Source: Candidatus Daviesbacteria bacterium (lineage in GTDB: Bacteria > Patescibacteriota > Microgenomatia > Daviesbacterales > UBA10151). From it: DNA of 64,000 nucleotides. The position numbers and the translations under genes are program-made. Each line of letters opens with the position of its first letter. Positions within the stretch are counted from its first letter, which is position 1. This document shows, one piece after another, positions 49,489 through 59,346 of this stretch. The notes beneath the pieces were generated by a model. It did not search any database, was not told the origin of the DNA, and saw only the letters and a list, made by a program, of their open reading frames with translations. Location: the NCBI GenBank assembly GCA_028687915.1, contig JAQTZF010000001.1, positions 418,634 to 482,633 on the forward strand. Direction: 5' to 3'.

Positions 49489-50388
49489 ATGGATACTAAA
49501 ATTTCTGTTGTAATAAATACTTTTAATGAGGCAGAGAATATTGCCAGAGCATTAAAGTCTGTAGAATGGGCGGATGAAGTGGTTGTTTGTGATATGTCGT
49601 CTTCTGATAAAACTGCTGAGATTGCTAAAAAAATGGGTGCAAAAGTTGTCTTGCATAAAGCTCAAAAGTATGTTGAATTAGCCAGGAATTTTAATATTTC
49701 TCAAGCCTCTCATAATTGGGTTTTAATTTTGGATCCTGACGAAGAAGTTCCAGAAGGTTTAGTTAAGAGATTAAAGGAAGTTATAGCTATGGAAGAAATT
49801 TCATATGTTGAAATCCCTCGAAAAAATATTATTTTTGGTAAATGGATGAAGAATGCAATGTGGTGGCCTGATTATAATATTAGATTATTTAAAAAAGGTG
49901 CTGTTGTATGGAGCGAAGAGATCCACAGGCCACCCAAAACAGAAGGTAAAAGTTTTCAAATTGAAGAAATAGAAAATTTGGCAATTATACACCACCATTA
50001 CGAGTCAATCTCACAATTTATTTTAAGAATGGACCGTTATACTACAGCTCAGGCTGACGATCTTACTATCAAGGGATATAAATTTAATTGGACAGATCTA
50101 GTCCAAAAGCCATTACAGGAATTTTTAAGCAGATACTTTGCAAGTCGAGGATTTGAGGATGGATTGCATGGATTGGCTTTAAGTTTTTTACAAGCGTTTT
50201 CTTTTCTAATAATGTATCTGAAAGTTTGGGAAAAGGAAAAATTTGAAAGTAAAGATTTGCCCTATAAAGAAGTTGTTATAGAAGGCAAGAAAGCTGGTAA
50301 GGAAATTTCATATTGGTTTAAATATGCTAATCTCTCGAAAAATAAATTCTACTCAGTATTACAACGCCTTAAAAATAAACTTAGCTAA
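49489..50388 (+). CDS. GT2 glycosyltransferase (LgtF/KdtX-like)
   Basis: VINTFNE, SVEWADEVVVCD, LDPDE, WWPDY.IRLF, EIH, DGLHG. TGgTAAGAT 7 nt before the ATG. Confidence 0.85.
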   Translation: MDTKISVVINTFNEAENIARALKSVEWADEVVVCDMSSSDKTAEIAKKMGAKVVLHKAQKYVELARNFNISQASHNWVLILDPDEEVPEGLVKRLKEVIAMEEISYVEIPRKNIIFGKWMKNAMWWPDYNIRLFKKGAVVWSEEIHRPPKTEGKSFQIEEIENLAIIHHHYESISQFILRMDRYTTAQADDLTIKGYKFNWTDLVQKPLQEFLSRYFASRGFEDGLHGLALSFLQAFSFLIMYLKVWEKEKFESKDLPYKEVVIEGKKAGKEISYWFKYANLSKNKFYSVLQRLKNKLS

Positions 50389-50402
50389 AATCATGAAACA
50401 TT

Positions 50403-52796
50403 ATGAAACCCTTAATATACTTCTTAGATAAATCCTGGCCACTCTTTTTAATTCTGCTATTTGTTTTAGCTGTTTTTCGGGATTTTTTTATTAAAGGGTT
50501 ACTGCCTATTCCTATGGATATTTTAGTAGGTACATATTTTCCCTGGTTAGATAGTAAATGGGGTTATATAGTAGGTGTTTCTTTACATAACCCTCTTCCT
50601 TCGGACATTATTTCAATAATTTACCCTTGGCGTATCTTGGGAATGGAAATGATAAAAAATGGAATATTGCCTCTCTGGGATTCGAACTCCCTATTGGGGC
50701 TTCCTTTATTAGCTAATTTTCAAGCTGCGCTGTTAAATCCGCTAAACCTTTTATTCTTTCTGCTACCTTCATCATATGCATGGAGCATCCAGGTAATATT
50801 GCAACCTGTACTAATCAGTATTTTTACATACATTTTTCTTAGGAATATTAAGTTAAATAAGCCAGCTGCTTTGTTTGGGGCGTTATCTTTTGCTTATTGT
50901 GGATTTTCTGTTGTTTGGCTGGAATACAACACTATTGGATTTACTTTGGCCTTTTTTCCACTAATCTTATTTTTTATTGATAAAATACTGCAAACTAGAA
51001 AAATACTTTTTATCTTTTTGCTTGGTTTATCAGTAGCGCTTCAAATTTTTTCTGGTTATCCACAGGTTAGTATTATATCTTTACTGTTTGCTGCTTTGTA
51101 CCTTTTATATAAACTAGTTCTTGAGGGTAAGTATTTATTTACAAAGGTTATGTATTGTGTAATTGGATTTGTTACGGGGATACTCTTGGCAGCTGTACAA
51201 TTGCTTCCAGGAATAGAAGCGTTAAACTTATCAATTCGCTCCTATGACAGTACTGCTTTGGCTGGGGGTATTCAATTTCTACCAATCCAGCATTTTGTGA
51301 CTTTATTTGTTCCTGATTTTTTTGGAAACCCCGCAACCGGGAACTATTGGAGTGTTGGTAGTTATGATAACTTTGCTTTTTCCCTGCCAGCCGTTACGTT
51401 GTTTTTTGCAGTTATGGCGGTTATTTCAAGATCGTCTTTTACTAAAGCTAATAGCATTTTTTATTTTTTAATCATCTTAAGTTTTATACTTTCAACTAAT
51501 AACCCAATAAGCAATTATTTAATAATAGACCAAAATATATTAGGTTTACGTTCATCTGTAGCTGTAAGAATTCTTTTTGTTTTTGATTTTGCTGTGATTG
51601 TGCTTGCTGCTAGACAGTTAGATGAGGTTCTTAATAGAAGAAAATTTAAATTAGTACCAGGAATTATTCCTTTGTTGGTTTTTATTATAGTTCTTGGGAT
51701 TATTTTATTAGTTACTAAATCAACTTATCAACAAATAGCTTTACGTAATTTTATTTTACCCTTTACAATAACTATAGCCACATTTTTATCTTGTACGTTT
51801 TTGTTAAGATGGTCTGTGAGGTACTTTTTAGGAGCAGTTTATTTGCTTTTATTATTTGGGGTTTTAGTGGTGACTGGTAAGTATCTTACCTTTACTCCTT
51901 TAAAAATTTTTTATCCACCAATGGATGCTATAACTATCTTGCAGGACAATATTAAGTATCATCGGTTTGATAAAGAGCGAGGAGAGATATTGCCTTCAAA
52001 TACCTGGTATCCCTATGCCTTAAAAGCAGCTTCTGGTCAAAACCCACTGGTCCCCCTTTCTACCGCAAAATATATGGGAATTATAAAGAAAGAAAAACCT
52101 GGCCAATATTCAAGGTATATTGATTTATCAGATCCTAATTCCCTGTTGTATGATACTTTGGATATTAAGTACATTGCAGTTCTAAATAGAAATGTACCCT
52201 TGGCTTACCCAGATGAAAAAGGTGAACCATTTGGGAAATTTTTGACCCCTAAGTTAAAAGAATTTAAGAATATCAACACAGTTCGAATTATGGAGAATAC
52301 TACAAATTTAGGGTTGGCATGGTTTGCCCAGAGCAGTAGATGTGGATTTTCTGAAAATGAAGTTTTTGATGAACTTACAAAAATATCGTATGATCCTAAA
52401 AAATTAATGCTGATTAATTGTCTAAGTTCGGAGTCTCTTTCTTTTAAGAATGGCGATAATATTATTGGTGTTGTGGATGTGATACGTGAGTCACCTCTTT
52501 TAACACAGTTAAAAGTTGTTACCCCAGAGGCAAATTTTCTAAATATTTCAAAAGCTTTTTATCCTGGATGGAAAGCTTTTGTTGATGGAAAAGAGGTGTC
52601 CTTATATTCTGCAAATATTGCTTTAACAGCATTGCTGGTTCCTGCTGGAGAACATTTGGTAGAGTTAAAATATCAACCAGTAAGTTTTTTCTTTGGACTA
52701 AAGATTTCCCTTGCTACTCTTGGTATGTGGGTTCTTGTACTGGTAGGTAAGCTTACATTTTCAACTAGAACTATAATCAGGAAAAGCATCAATTAG
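50403..52796 (+). CDS. YfhO-family GT-C membrane protein
   Basis: SDII..YPWR, PLWD...LGLPLLAN, SGYPQ, AAVQLLP, C-terminal FYPGWKAFVDG and VPAGEHLVELKYQP. Confidence 0.82.
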   Translation: MKPLIYFLDKSWPLFLILLFVLAVFRDFFIKGLLPIPMDILVGTYFPWLDSKWGYIVGVSLHNPLPSDIISIIYPWRILGMEMIKNGILPLWDSNSLLGLPLLANFQAALLNPLNLLFFLLPSSYAWSIQVILQPVLISIFTYIFLRNIKLNKPAALFGALSFAYCGFSVVWLEYNTIGFTLAFFPLILFFIDKILQTRKILFIFLLGLSVALQIFSGYPQVSIISLLFAALYLLYKLVLEGKYLFTKVMYCVIGFVTGILLAAVQLLPGIEALNLSIRSYDSTALAGGIQFLPIQHFVTLFVPDFFGNPATGNYWSVGSYDNFAFSLPAVTLFFAVMAVISRSSFTKANSIFYFLIILSFILSTNNPISNYLIIDQNILGLRSSVAVRILFVFDFAVIVLAARQLDEVLNRRKFKLVPGIIPLLVFIIVLGIILLVTKSTYQQIALRNFILPFTITIATFLSCTFLLRWSVRYFLGAVYLLLLFGVLVVTGKYLTFTPLKIFYPPMDAITILQDNIKYHRFDKERGEILPSNTWYPYALKAASGQNPLVPLSTAKYMGIIKKEKPGQYSRYIDLSDPNSLLYDTLDIKYIAVLNRNVPLAYPDEKGEPFGKFLTPKLKEFKNINTVRIMENTTNLGLAWFAQSSRCGFSENEVFDELTKISYDPKKLMLINCLSSESLSFKNGDNIIGVVDVIRESPLLTQLKVVTPEANFLNISKAFYPGWKAFVDGKEVSLYSANIALTALLVPAGEHLVELKYQPVSFFFGLKISLATLGMWVLVLVGKLTFSTRTIIRKSIN

Positions 52797-52922
52797 CCTA
52801 ACGGACGTGATAGTTACTAATTTATAAAGATTTTTACTCAATAAATAGATACAAAGAGAGATCTGATTTAAGGTATAATTAGAAAGTAGTTTTTATATAG
52901 GAAGATAAGAAACAATAAAATA

Positions 52923-53774
52923 ATGAAAAAAGTTTCAGTGGTTATCCTAAATTATAAAGTTAAAGAAGAAACACTTCGGTGCATTCTTTCGCTAAAAAAG
53001 TCAGATTACCAGAATATTGAACTTATTACGGTGGACAATAATTCAGGGGATGGGATAGAAGAAGAAGTTAAGAAAATGGAAGGAGTCACTTTTATTCAAA
53101 CACATTCAAATTTAGGGTATACTGGAGGTAATAATATTGGAATTAAGAAAGCCTTAGAAGGTAAAGCTGATTTTGTATTTATATTAAATCCTGATACTGA
53201 GGTTGAAAAAGATGTTATAAGTAGCCTTGTTAATGTAGCTGAAGCAACACAAGCTGGAATAATAGGACCAAAAATTTTATTTAGTAATAAAAAAACAATT
53301 TGGTATGCGGGTGGTATTATGGATCTTGCTAATGTATTAGGAAAACACAGAGGTGTAGATCTAAAAGATGAAGGGCAATATAACAATATAGAAGAAACTG
53401 AATTTGTAACTGGTGGGGCAATGTTTGTAAGACGTGATGTTTTTGAAAAAGTTGGATTGTTTGATGAAAAATATTTTATGTACTTAGAAGATAGTGATTT
53501 ATGTTTTAGGGCAAAAAAGATGGGATTTAAAATTTTATACAACCCAAAAGCTGTGATTTATCATGAAAATGCTAAATCTGCAGGTTTAGGTTCATCTTTA
53601 CAAGATTATTTTATTACAAGAAATAGAATGTTATTTGCCGCGAAATTTTTGTCATTTAGGACTAAGTTTGCCTTATTTAGAGAAGCTCTGAGACATATTA
53701 CAAATCCTGTTAGAAGATTAGCGTTCTATGATTTTTTAACCGGTAATTTCGGAAAAGGAAGTTTTTTAAAATGA
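52923..53774 (+). CDS. GT2 glycosyltransferase (rhamnosyltransferase-like)
   Basis: VDNNS, NLGYTGGNN, LNPDT, FDEKYFMYLEDSDLC, RNR. Confidence 0.85.
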   Translation: MKKVSVVILNYKVKEETLRCILSLKKSDYQNIELITVDNNSGDGIEEEVKKMEGVTFIQTHSNLGYTGGNNIGIKKALEGKADFVFILNPDTEVEKDVISSLVNVAEATQAGIIGPKILFSNKKTIWYAGGIMDLANVLGKHRGVDLKDEGQYNNIEETEFVTGGAMFVRRDVFEKVGLFDEKYFMYLEDSDLCFRAKKMGFKILYNPKAVIYHENAKSAGLGSSLQDYFITRNRMLFAAKFLSFRTKFALFREALRHITNPVRRLAFYDFLTGNFGKGSFLK

Positions 53775-54574
53775 TATCAGCAATAGTTTTAACCAGAAAT
53801 GAAGAGGATAGAATAAATTCTTGTCTTGAATCTATTAAATGGGTTGATGAAATTATCGTAGTTGATTCAAACAGTCAGGATAAAACTGTAGAAATGGCAG
53901 AAAAATTAGGGGCAAAAGTATATAAGCGTGAATTTGATAATTATGTAAATCAAAAAGAATGGGCTTTTTCAAAAACATCTGGGGATTGGGTTATATATGT
54001 AGATGCTGACGAAAGAGTTTTAGAACTACTGAAACAAGAGATTCTGGATTTGATTTCAAAGGATGAATATTCTGCTTATGCAATTTCCCGAAGAAATATT
54101 ATTTTTGGACAAGAAGAAAAGTATGGACCTTTTTGGCCTGATTGGGTTATTAGATTAATCAAAAGAGATAATTTTATTAAGTGGGTTGGTGAAGTTCATG
54201 AACACATGGAATTTAAGGGGAAATTAGGCTACACCAAAAATTCATTATTACATTTAACTCACAGGGATGTGGAACATGTAATTTTAAAAAACTTACAATG
54301 GTCAAAAATAGATGCTGTGTTACGTCTAAAGGCCAATCATCCTAAAATGAGCAGCTGGAGATTTTTAAGAATTTTATTTTCTGAATTATTTAATCAGGGT
54401 ATTATCAGACGTGGGTTTTTTTCCGGTACTGTTGGAACAATTGATGCAATACTTCAAACATTCAGCATGGTTACAACTTATATTAGGCTTTGGGAGGATC
54501 AACAGCCAAAACCTTTGGAAGAAGTTTATAAAGAAATTGATCAAAAATTAATTAATGATAATTTTAAATATTAA
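53771..54574 (+). CDS. GT2 glycosyltransferase (LgtF/KdtX-like)
   Basis: LTRNEE, VDSNSQD, VDADE, WPDWVIRL, GEVHE. Confidence 0.85.
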   Translation: MISAIVLTRNEEDRINSCLESIKWVDEIIVVDSNSQDKTVEMAEKLGAKVYKREFDNYVNQKEWAFSKTSGDWVIYVDADERVLELLKQEILDLISKDEYSAYAISRRNIIFGQEEKYGPFWPDWVIRLIKRDNFIKWVGEVHEHMEFKGKLGYTKNSLLHLTHRDVEHVILKNLQWSKIDAVLRLKANHPKMSSWRFLRILFSELFNQGIIRRGFFSGTVGTIDAILQTFSMVTTYIRLWEDQQPKPLEEVYKEIDQKLINDNFKY

Positions 54575-55657
54575 ATGAGAGTTGCCATTTATAGTCCCTA
54601 TTTGGATAGTTTCGGAGGTGGAGAACGCTATATATTAACTGTAGCTGAATTATTATCCTCTAATAATCAAGTTGATTTGTTATTAGACAGTCATCTGCAG
54701 TTATTAATTACTGAAGATATGAAGAATGATTTAGGTAAAAGATTTAATTTAAATCTATCTGAAGTAAAGCTAGTTAAAGCACCTTTAGGTAGAGGAAAAG
54801 GCTTTTTAAGTAAATTCTTTTTTTTAAGAAAATATGATTTAGTTTTCTTTTTAACTGACGGAAGCATTTTTTACTCAACTGCTAAAAGAAATATTATTCA
54901 TTTTCAAGTTCCCTTTAAAAACACTGTTGCAAGGAGTTTATGGGGAAGAATAAAATTATCAAGTTGGAATCTGGCTGTTTGTAATTCTAAGTTTACTCAA
55001 AGTGTAATTGAAAAAGACTGGCCAATTAAATCTCAGGTGATATATCCACCTGTGGATGTAGAAGCAATTAAGCCTTTAAATAAAAAGAAGCAAATATTAT
55101 CTGTTGGAAGATTTGCTTCTTTTTCCAAATTAAAGAAGCATGAAATGATGATTAAGGCCTTTAAAGAGCTTCATCAGGAGAAAAAAATATCTGGTTGGAG
55201 CTTACATCTGGTTGGATCAATTGAAGGAGATAATGGTTATATAGAAGAACTAAAAGAATTGGCAAAAGGTTTACCAATTAAGTTTTATCCAAATTTATCT
55301 TTTACAGGTTTAGTAAAACTTTATGGTGAATCCAGTATTTATTGGCACGCAGCTGGATTTGGAGAGGATAATCCGGCATTGATGGAGCATTTTGGTATTG
55401 CAACAGTGGAAGCTATGGCTGGAGGTTGTGTGCCTATTGTTATTAATAGTGGTGGTCAAGTAGAAATTGTGGAGAATGAATTATCGGGTTATTTATGGAA
55501 TCAAATTAATGAACTAAAAGGCTTTACAACTACTCTTGTAAAAGATAATTCTTTATTGGTTAAATTATCAGCTAATGCTGTAAAGCGAAGTAAGGTATTT
55601 TCTAAAAAGTTCTTTCAAGATAATTTACTTAAATTAGTAAAATCATTAGATGAATAG
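54575..55657 (+). CDS. GT4 glycosyltransferase (ALG11-like signature)
   Basis: GGGER, NSKFT, IYPPVD, SVGRF, EHFGIATVEAMAGG. Confidence 0.87.
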   Translation: MRVAIYSPYLDSFGGGERYILTVAELLSSNNQVDLLLDSHLQLLITEDMKNDLGKRFNLNLSEVKLVKAPLGRGKGFLSKFFFLRKYDLVFFLTDGSIFYSTAKRNIIHFQVPFKNTVARSLWGRIKLSSWNLAVCNSKFTQSVIEKDWPIKSQVIYPPVDVEAIKPLNKKKQILSVGRFASFSKLKKHEMMIKAFKELHQEKKISGWSLHLVGSIEGDNGYIEELKELAKGLPIKFYPNLSFTGLVKLYGESSIYWHAAGFGEDNPALMEHFGIATVEAMAGGCVPIVINSGGQVEIVENELSGYLWNQINELKGFTTTLVKDNSLLVKLSANAVKRSKVFSKKFFQDNLLKLVKSLDE

Positions 55658-56450
55658 AATTAGCATTATTATTGTCACTTTCAATAGTGCTAAAACTATT
55701 AAAGCTTGTGTTGATTCGATAAATAAGTTTGTAACAGATAGTGAAATAATAATCGTAGATAATAATTCACAGGATGATACTTGTAAGATTATCCAGGGTT
55801 TTGGGGATAAAGTTAAACTGATTCAGCCAGGTGGTAATTTAGGTTTTGCAAAAGCAAACAATTTAGGTATTAAGTCTGCATTAGGTGAGTATATAATCTT
55901 CTTAAATCCTGATACCAGAATAATGGAGAAAGATTCTTTGGAGAAGTTGGTTGCAACATTAGAAGATAATACTGAATATGGGATTATTGGACCAAAACTA
56001 GTTTATCCAGATGGTTCTTTACAATCACGAACACGTAACTTGCCAACAGTATTAAGAGCCTTTCAAGAATATATTTTAAATAAAAAAGGATCATATGATT
56101 TTTATACTCCAGTTTGTAAAACACTTTGTGAGGTTGAAAGTGTTATTGGAGCTTGTATTGTTATTAAGAAAAAATTATTTCAAAAAGTCGGAGGTTTTGA
56201 TGAAAAATATTTTATGTATTTTGAAGACCTTGAATTATGCAGAAATGTGAGACTCTCAGGCTTAAAAGTAGGTTACTTACCAGAGGTTAAAATAGAACAT
56301 GCAGAGGGAAAATCCGGAGTAAATCAAAAAACATCAAATATGCTTCATAATTCTGCAAAGTTATATCATGGTTTTGTGAAGTACTATCTTATTGAGGCGA
56401 TGCTAATAGCAATAAGGGTTAGAAATAAGATTAAAAATATTTTAACTTAA
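55650..56450 (+). CDS. GT2 glycosyltransferase (WbbL-like)
   Basis: VDNNSQD, NLGFAKANN, LNPDT, GGFDEKYFMYFEDLELC. Confidence 0.85.
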   Translation: MNRISIIIVTFNSAKTIKACVDSINKFVTDSEIIIVDNNSQDDTCKIIQGFGDKVKLIQPGGNLGFAKANNLGIKSALGEYIIFLNPDTRIMEKDSLEKLVATLEDNTEYGIIGPKLVYPDGSLQSRTRNLPTVLRAFQEYILNKKGSYDFYTPVCKTLCEVESVIGACIVIKKKLFQKVGGFDEKYFMYFEDLELCRNVRLSGLKVGYLPEVKIEHAEGKSGVNQKTSNMLHNSAKLYHGFVKYYLIEAMLIAIRVRNKIKNILT

Positions 56451-57955
56451 TGTATAGTATGAAATTTAGATATAGAAAAAAATTAATATGGGGATCTCTT
56501 TTAGTAATAGTGTGTATTTTTATCTGGTCTTTTTTTACTTATCGAATAACAGAAGTTCCACCTGGTATTAATTCCGATGAAGCAGCAATAGGATATAATG
56601 CTCTTTTAATATCTCGTACCCTTTATGATGAAAACAATCGTTTTCTACCGGTCTTTACTTTGACTCTTGATAAAAAAGATTGGAAACAGCCAATCACGCT
56701 TTATTCAACAGCTTTAGCATTTCGTATATTTGGACCTTCGTATGAATTACTTCGAGGGGTTAGCGTTGTTTTTATAATTATTAGTTTTGTTTTATTGTTT
56801 TTTTTACTAAAAGAGTTGTTCGATTTAAAAGCTACAATACTTGGCTTAGTGGTTTTTATCACAACACCGATTCTTATGATCCAATCTCATTTAGCTTTGG
56901 AAAATATCGCCCCAGTGCCTTTTATTGTTTTTTGGTTACTGATGATTTTAAAATACCAAAAAACACAACATTTAAAATACCTACTTTTAGCTGGATTTAC
57001 TCTAGGATTGAGTTTTTATTCTTATAATGCAATGCGGCTAATTATACCCGTACTTACTATTTTGACTGTTAGCTATATTTTTTATATTAAAAGAAAAATG
57101 GATCTCAGTAAGGTACTTATTCCCGAGATATATTTTCTTGTTGGCATTACACCTTTTGTAATTATATTGCCTTGGCTAAATACTGCTTATCCTGGTGCAA
57201 TTTTGGGTAGCGGCCGTCCAGCTGAGATTATTTCTTATCAGCAGTTTTTAGCACCTTATTTATCAACTTTTGACCTATCGTTTTTATATCTTAAGGGAGA
57301 TGTTACTTTATTTCATTCAACCGGGAACCAGGGTATGTTTCTATTGGCAACATTACCAATATTCTTTTTAGGATGTTTTAAGGCAATACAAAGTAAGAAA
57401 CCATTCTTTATTTTTGTATTATTAGTATTTTTTTTATCACCCATTTTGTTCGGTTTGGTGGAATCAGTCTATAGAGCGAGTAGGCTTTTAGTTTTATTAC
57501 CACCATATGTTGTTATTTCAGCATTAGGAATATGTAGTTTATTTGAGAAAAAGAGGTATCTTTTTAAGTATGTTTTTACAATGCTAGTGCTATTTTTAAT
57601 ATTCTTAAATTTTCTGGATTTTATTAATGATTATTGGTTTAGCTATCCTTTAAGGGTAAAACAGACTTTTCCTAGTACAGCTCACATAAGCTTTAGGAAA
57701 CTATATGATCAATCTCGTAGATCAGGTTTAGAGCCAGTAGTTCAGTTAGATATTTTTCTAAAAGAAAACATTTCTGCACAATTTTTTCGACAGTTATACT
57801 TTCCTGATGCATTGATTTTGTGGAAACGTGAAGAGGTTTTGCCATCAAAAGCTGTTTTACTAGTGAATTCTATGGACTTGTCGTTTTCTCAAAAAGCAGT
57901 TTTAAATAAGGTTAATACTAAAATGCAGGATTATGATTTATGGGAAACAAAATAA
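56450..57955 (+). CDS. GT-C membrane glycosyltransferase, subfamily B
   Basis: VPPGINSDEAAIGYNA, DWKQP, YSY..MR, YLKGD...HST. Confidence 0.8.
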   Translation: MYSMKFRYRKKLIWGSLLVIVCIFIWSFFTYRITEVPPGINSDEAAIGYNALLISRTLYDENNRFLPVFTLTLDKKDWKQPITLYSTALAFRIFGPSYELLRGVSVVFIIISFVLLFFLLKELFDLKATILGLVVFITTPILMIQSHLALENIAPVPFIVFWLLMILKYQKTQHLKYLLLAGFTLGLSFYSYNAMRLIIPVLTILTVSYIFYIKRKMDLSKVLIPEIYFLVGITPFVIILPWLNTAYPGAILGSGRPAEIISYQQFLAPYLSTFDLSFLYLKGDVTLFHSTGNQGMFLLATLPIFFLGCFKAIQSKKPFFIFVLLVFFLSPILFGLVESVYRASRLLVLLPPYVVISALGICSLFEKKRYLFKYVFTMLVLFLIFLNFLDFINDYWFSYPLRVKQTFPSTAHISFRKLYDQSRRSGLEPVVQLDIFLKENISAQFFRQLYFPDALILWKREEVLPSKAVLLVNSMDLSFSQKAVLNKVNTKMQDYDLWETK

Positions 57956-59346
57956 TGAATAAAAAAACATGGTTTTGGGTTCTGGTGTTATTTTTTGTAG
58001 CTGCTTTTTTTCGAATATTTTTTTTCGATTTAATTGAATTTAAGACTGATGAAGCAATTACTGTTTTTCAAACGGTTCAGTTTTACCTGGATCCCCATAT
58101 AATTCAAAGAGGGTTAATATCTGGTATCGGTGTATATAATTTTCCTTTATTTAATTACTTGGTAATTATTTTATCTGTTTTTTCCCGTAATCCAGAGCAC
58201 ATTAGTTTTGTAATAGCTTTAATAAATACATTATTGGTGCCTATTTTCTTCTTAATTATAAGAAGATACTATGATCAGGTAACTGCTGTATTTGCTTCCT
58301 TGTTGTTAGCGTTTTCTCCTTGGGCAATTATTTATTCACGTAAAATTTGGGCTCAGGATTTAATCTTGCTATTACTTATCCCATTTTTTGCATTATTACA
58401 CGAACTAATTCTTAGGAAAAAGAGTCAAATGACTATGCCAATATTTATTATCCTGGTTTTATTAAGTCAGCTGCATGCATCTGGAATATTTTTGTCTGCG
58501 GCTACTATTTTAATAATTATTCTTTTGCGGGTTAAAATTAATTTTTGGCAGGCTTTAATAGGGATACTAATTGGTTCTATTGTAGCTATACCATATATTG
58601 TTTTTCAACTAACATCAAATCCGCAATGTCCTGATTGTGAAGCATTTTTTAAATACCAAAGCTCTGCTCGCTCATTTGATATTTATAACCTGATCCGCCC
58701 ATTTCAACTGATGAATGGACAAGGATATCACTTTGTTTTAGGGGATAGTTATGATGGATTTATAGCTTCGTTTTCACTGCTAAAGTATTTAAAATATTTC
58801 TTCTTATCGAGCTTTATAATTCCTTTTATAGGAATATTTTTTATCATAACTAAAAAGCGAGAATATCTATTTTTAGTTATGTATTTAGTTATAATTCCAC
58901 CACTTTATTTTGTAACCAGAACAATACCCTATATGCATTATTTTGTGATTTTAATTCCAATAATTGTCACAGTATATGCGCTCTCATTTAGTAGTATCTT
59001 TAATTTATTGAAAGCAAGGCTGTTAAAATCATTAGTAATAGTATCATTTGGAGTGTTTATTAGTGTAAATATAGTTTTTGTGTATTGTTTTTATCAGTAT
59101 TTGTCTATCGCTAAAGTAATTCAAGGGGATTACGGACCAATTTTTTCCTTAACTAAACAAACAGTAGACCAGAGACTTCAAGATTACCGGAATGTACAAT
59201 ATTATAATGAACTTCAAAGTTATACATATGTAATTTTAGGTTCAAAAGATTTTAATGCTAAATTGAGTAATTTTTTTGTCTATCATGGAGACACAGAGTT
59301 TGCTGCCTTAGAGCTAGAAAAACAGACAAAGGAAGTTTTTAAATAA
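57940..59346 (+). CDS. GT-C membrane glycosyltransferase, subfamily A-like (start may be 57955)
   Basis: FFR, FKTDEA, RGLISGIGVYNFPLF, SPWAIIYSRKIWAQ, QLH, HYF. Confidence 0.8.
   Translation: MGNKIMNKKTWFWVLVLFFVAAFFRIFFFDLIEFKTDEAITVFQTVQFYLDPHIIQRGLISGIGVYNFPLFNYLVIILSVFSRNPEHISFVIALINTLLVPIFFLIIRRYYDQVTAVFASLLLAFSPWAIIYSRKIWAQDLILLLLIPFFALLHELILRKKSQMTMPIFIILVLLSQLHASGIFLSAATILIIILLRVKINFWQALIGILIGSIVAIPYIVFQLTSNPQCPDCEAFFKYQSSARSFDIYNLIRPFQLMNGQGYHFVLGDSYDGFIASFSLLKYLKYFFLSSFIIPFIGIFFIITKKREYLFLVMYLVIIPPLYFVTRTIPYMHYFVILIPIIVTVYALSFSSIFNLLKARLLKSLVIVSFGVFISVNIVFVYCFYQYLSIAKVIQGDYGPIFSLTKQTVDQRLQDYRNVQYYNELQSYTYVILGSKDFNAKLSNFFVYHGDTEFAALELEKQTKEVFK

Noticed and set aside
53460-56230. Shared TTTGATGAAAAATATTTTATGTA in two GT2 genes
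   Set aside because: Encodes the conserved FDEKYFMY motif in the preferred AT-rich codons, so identity is expected.
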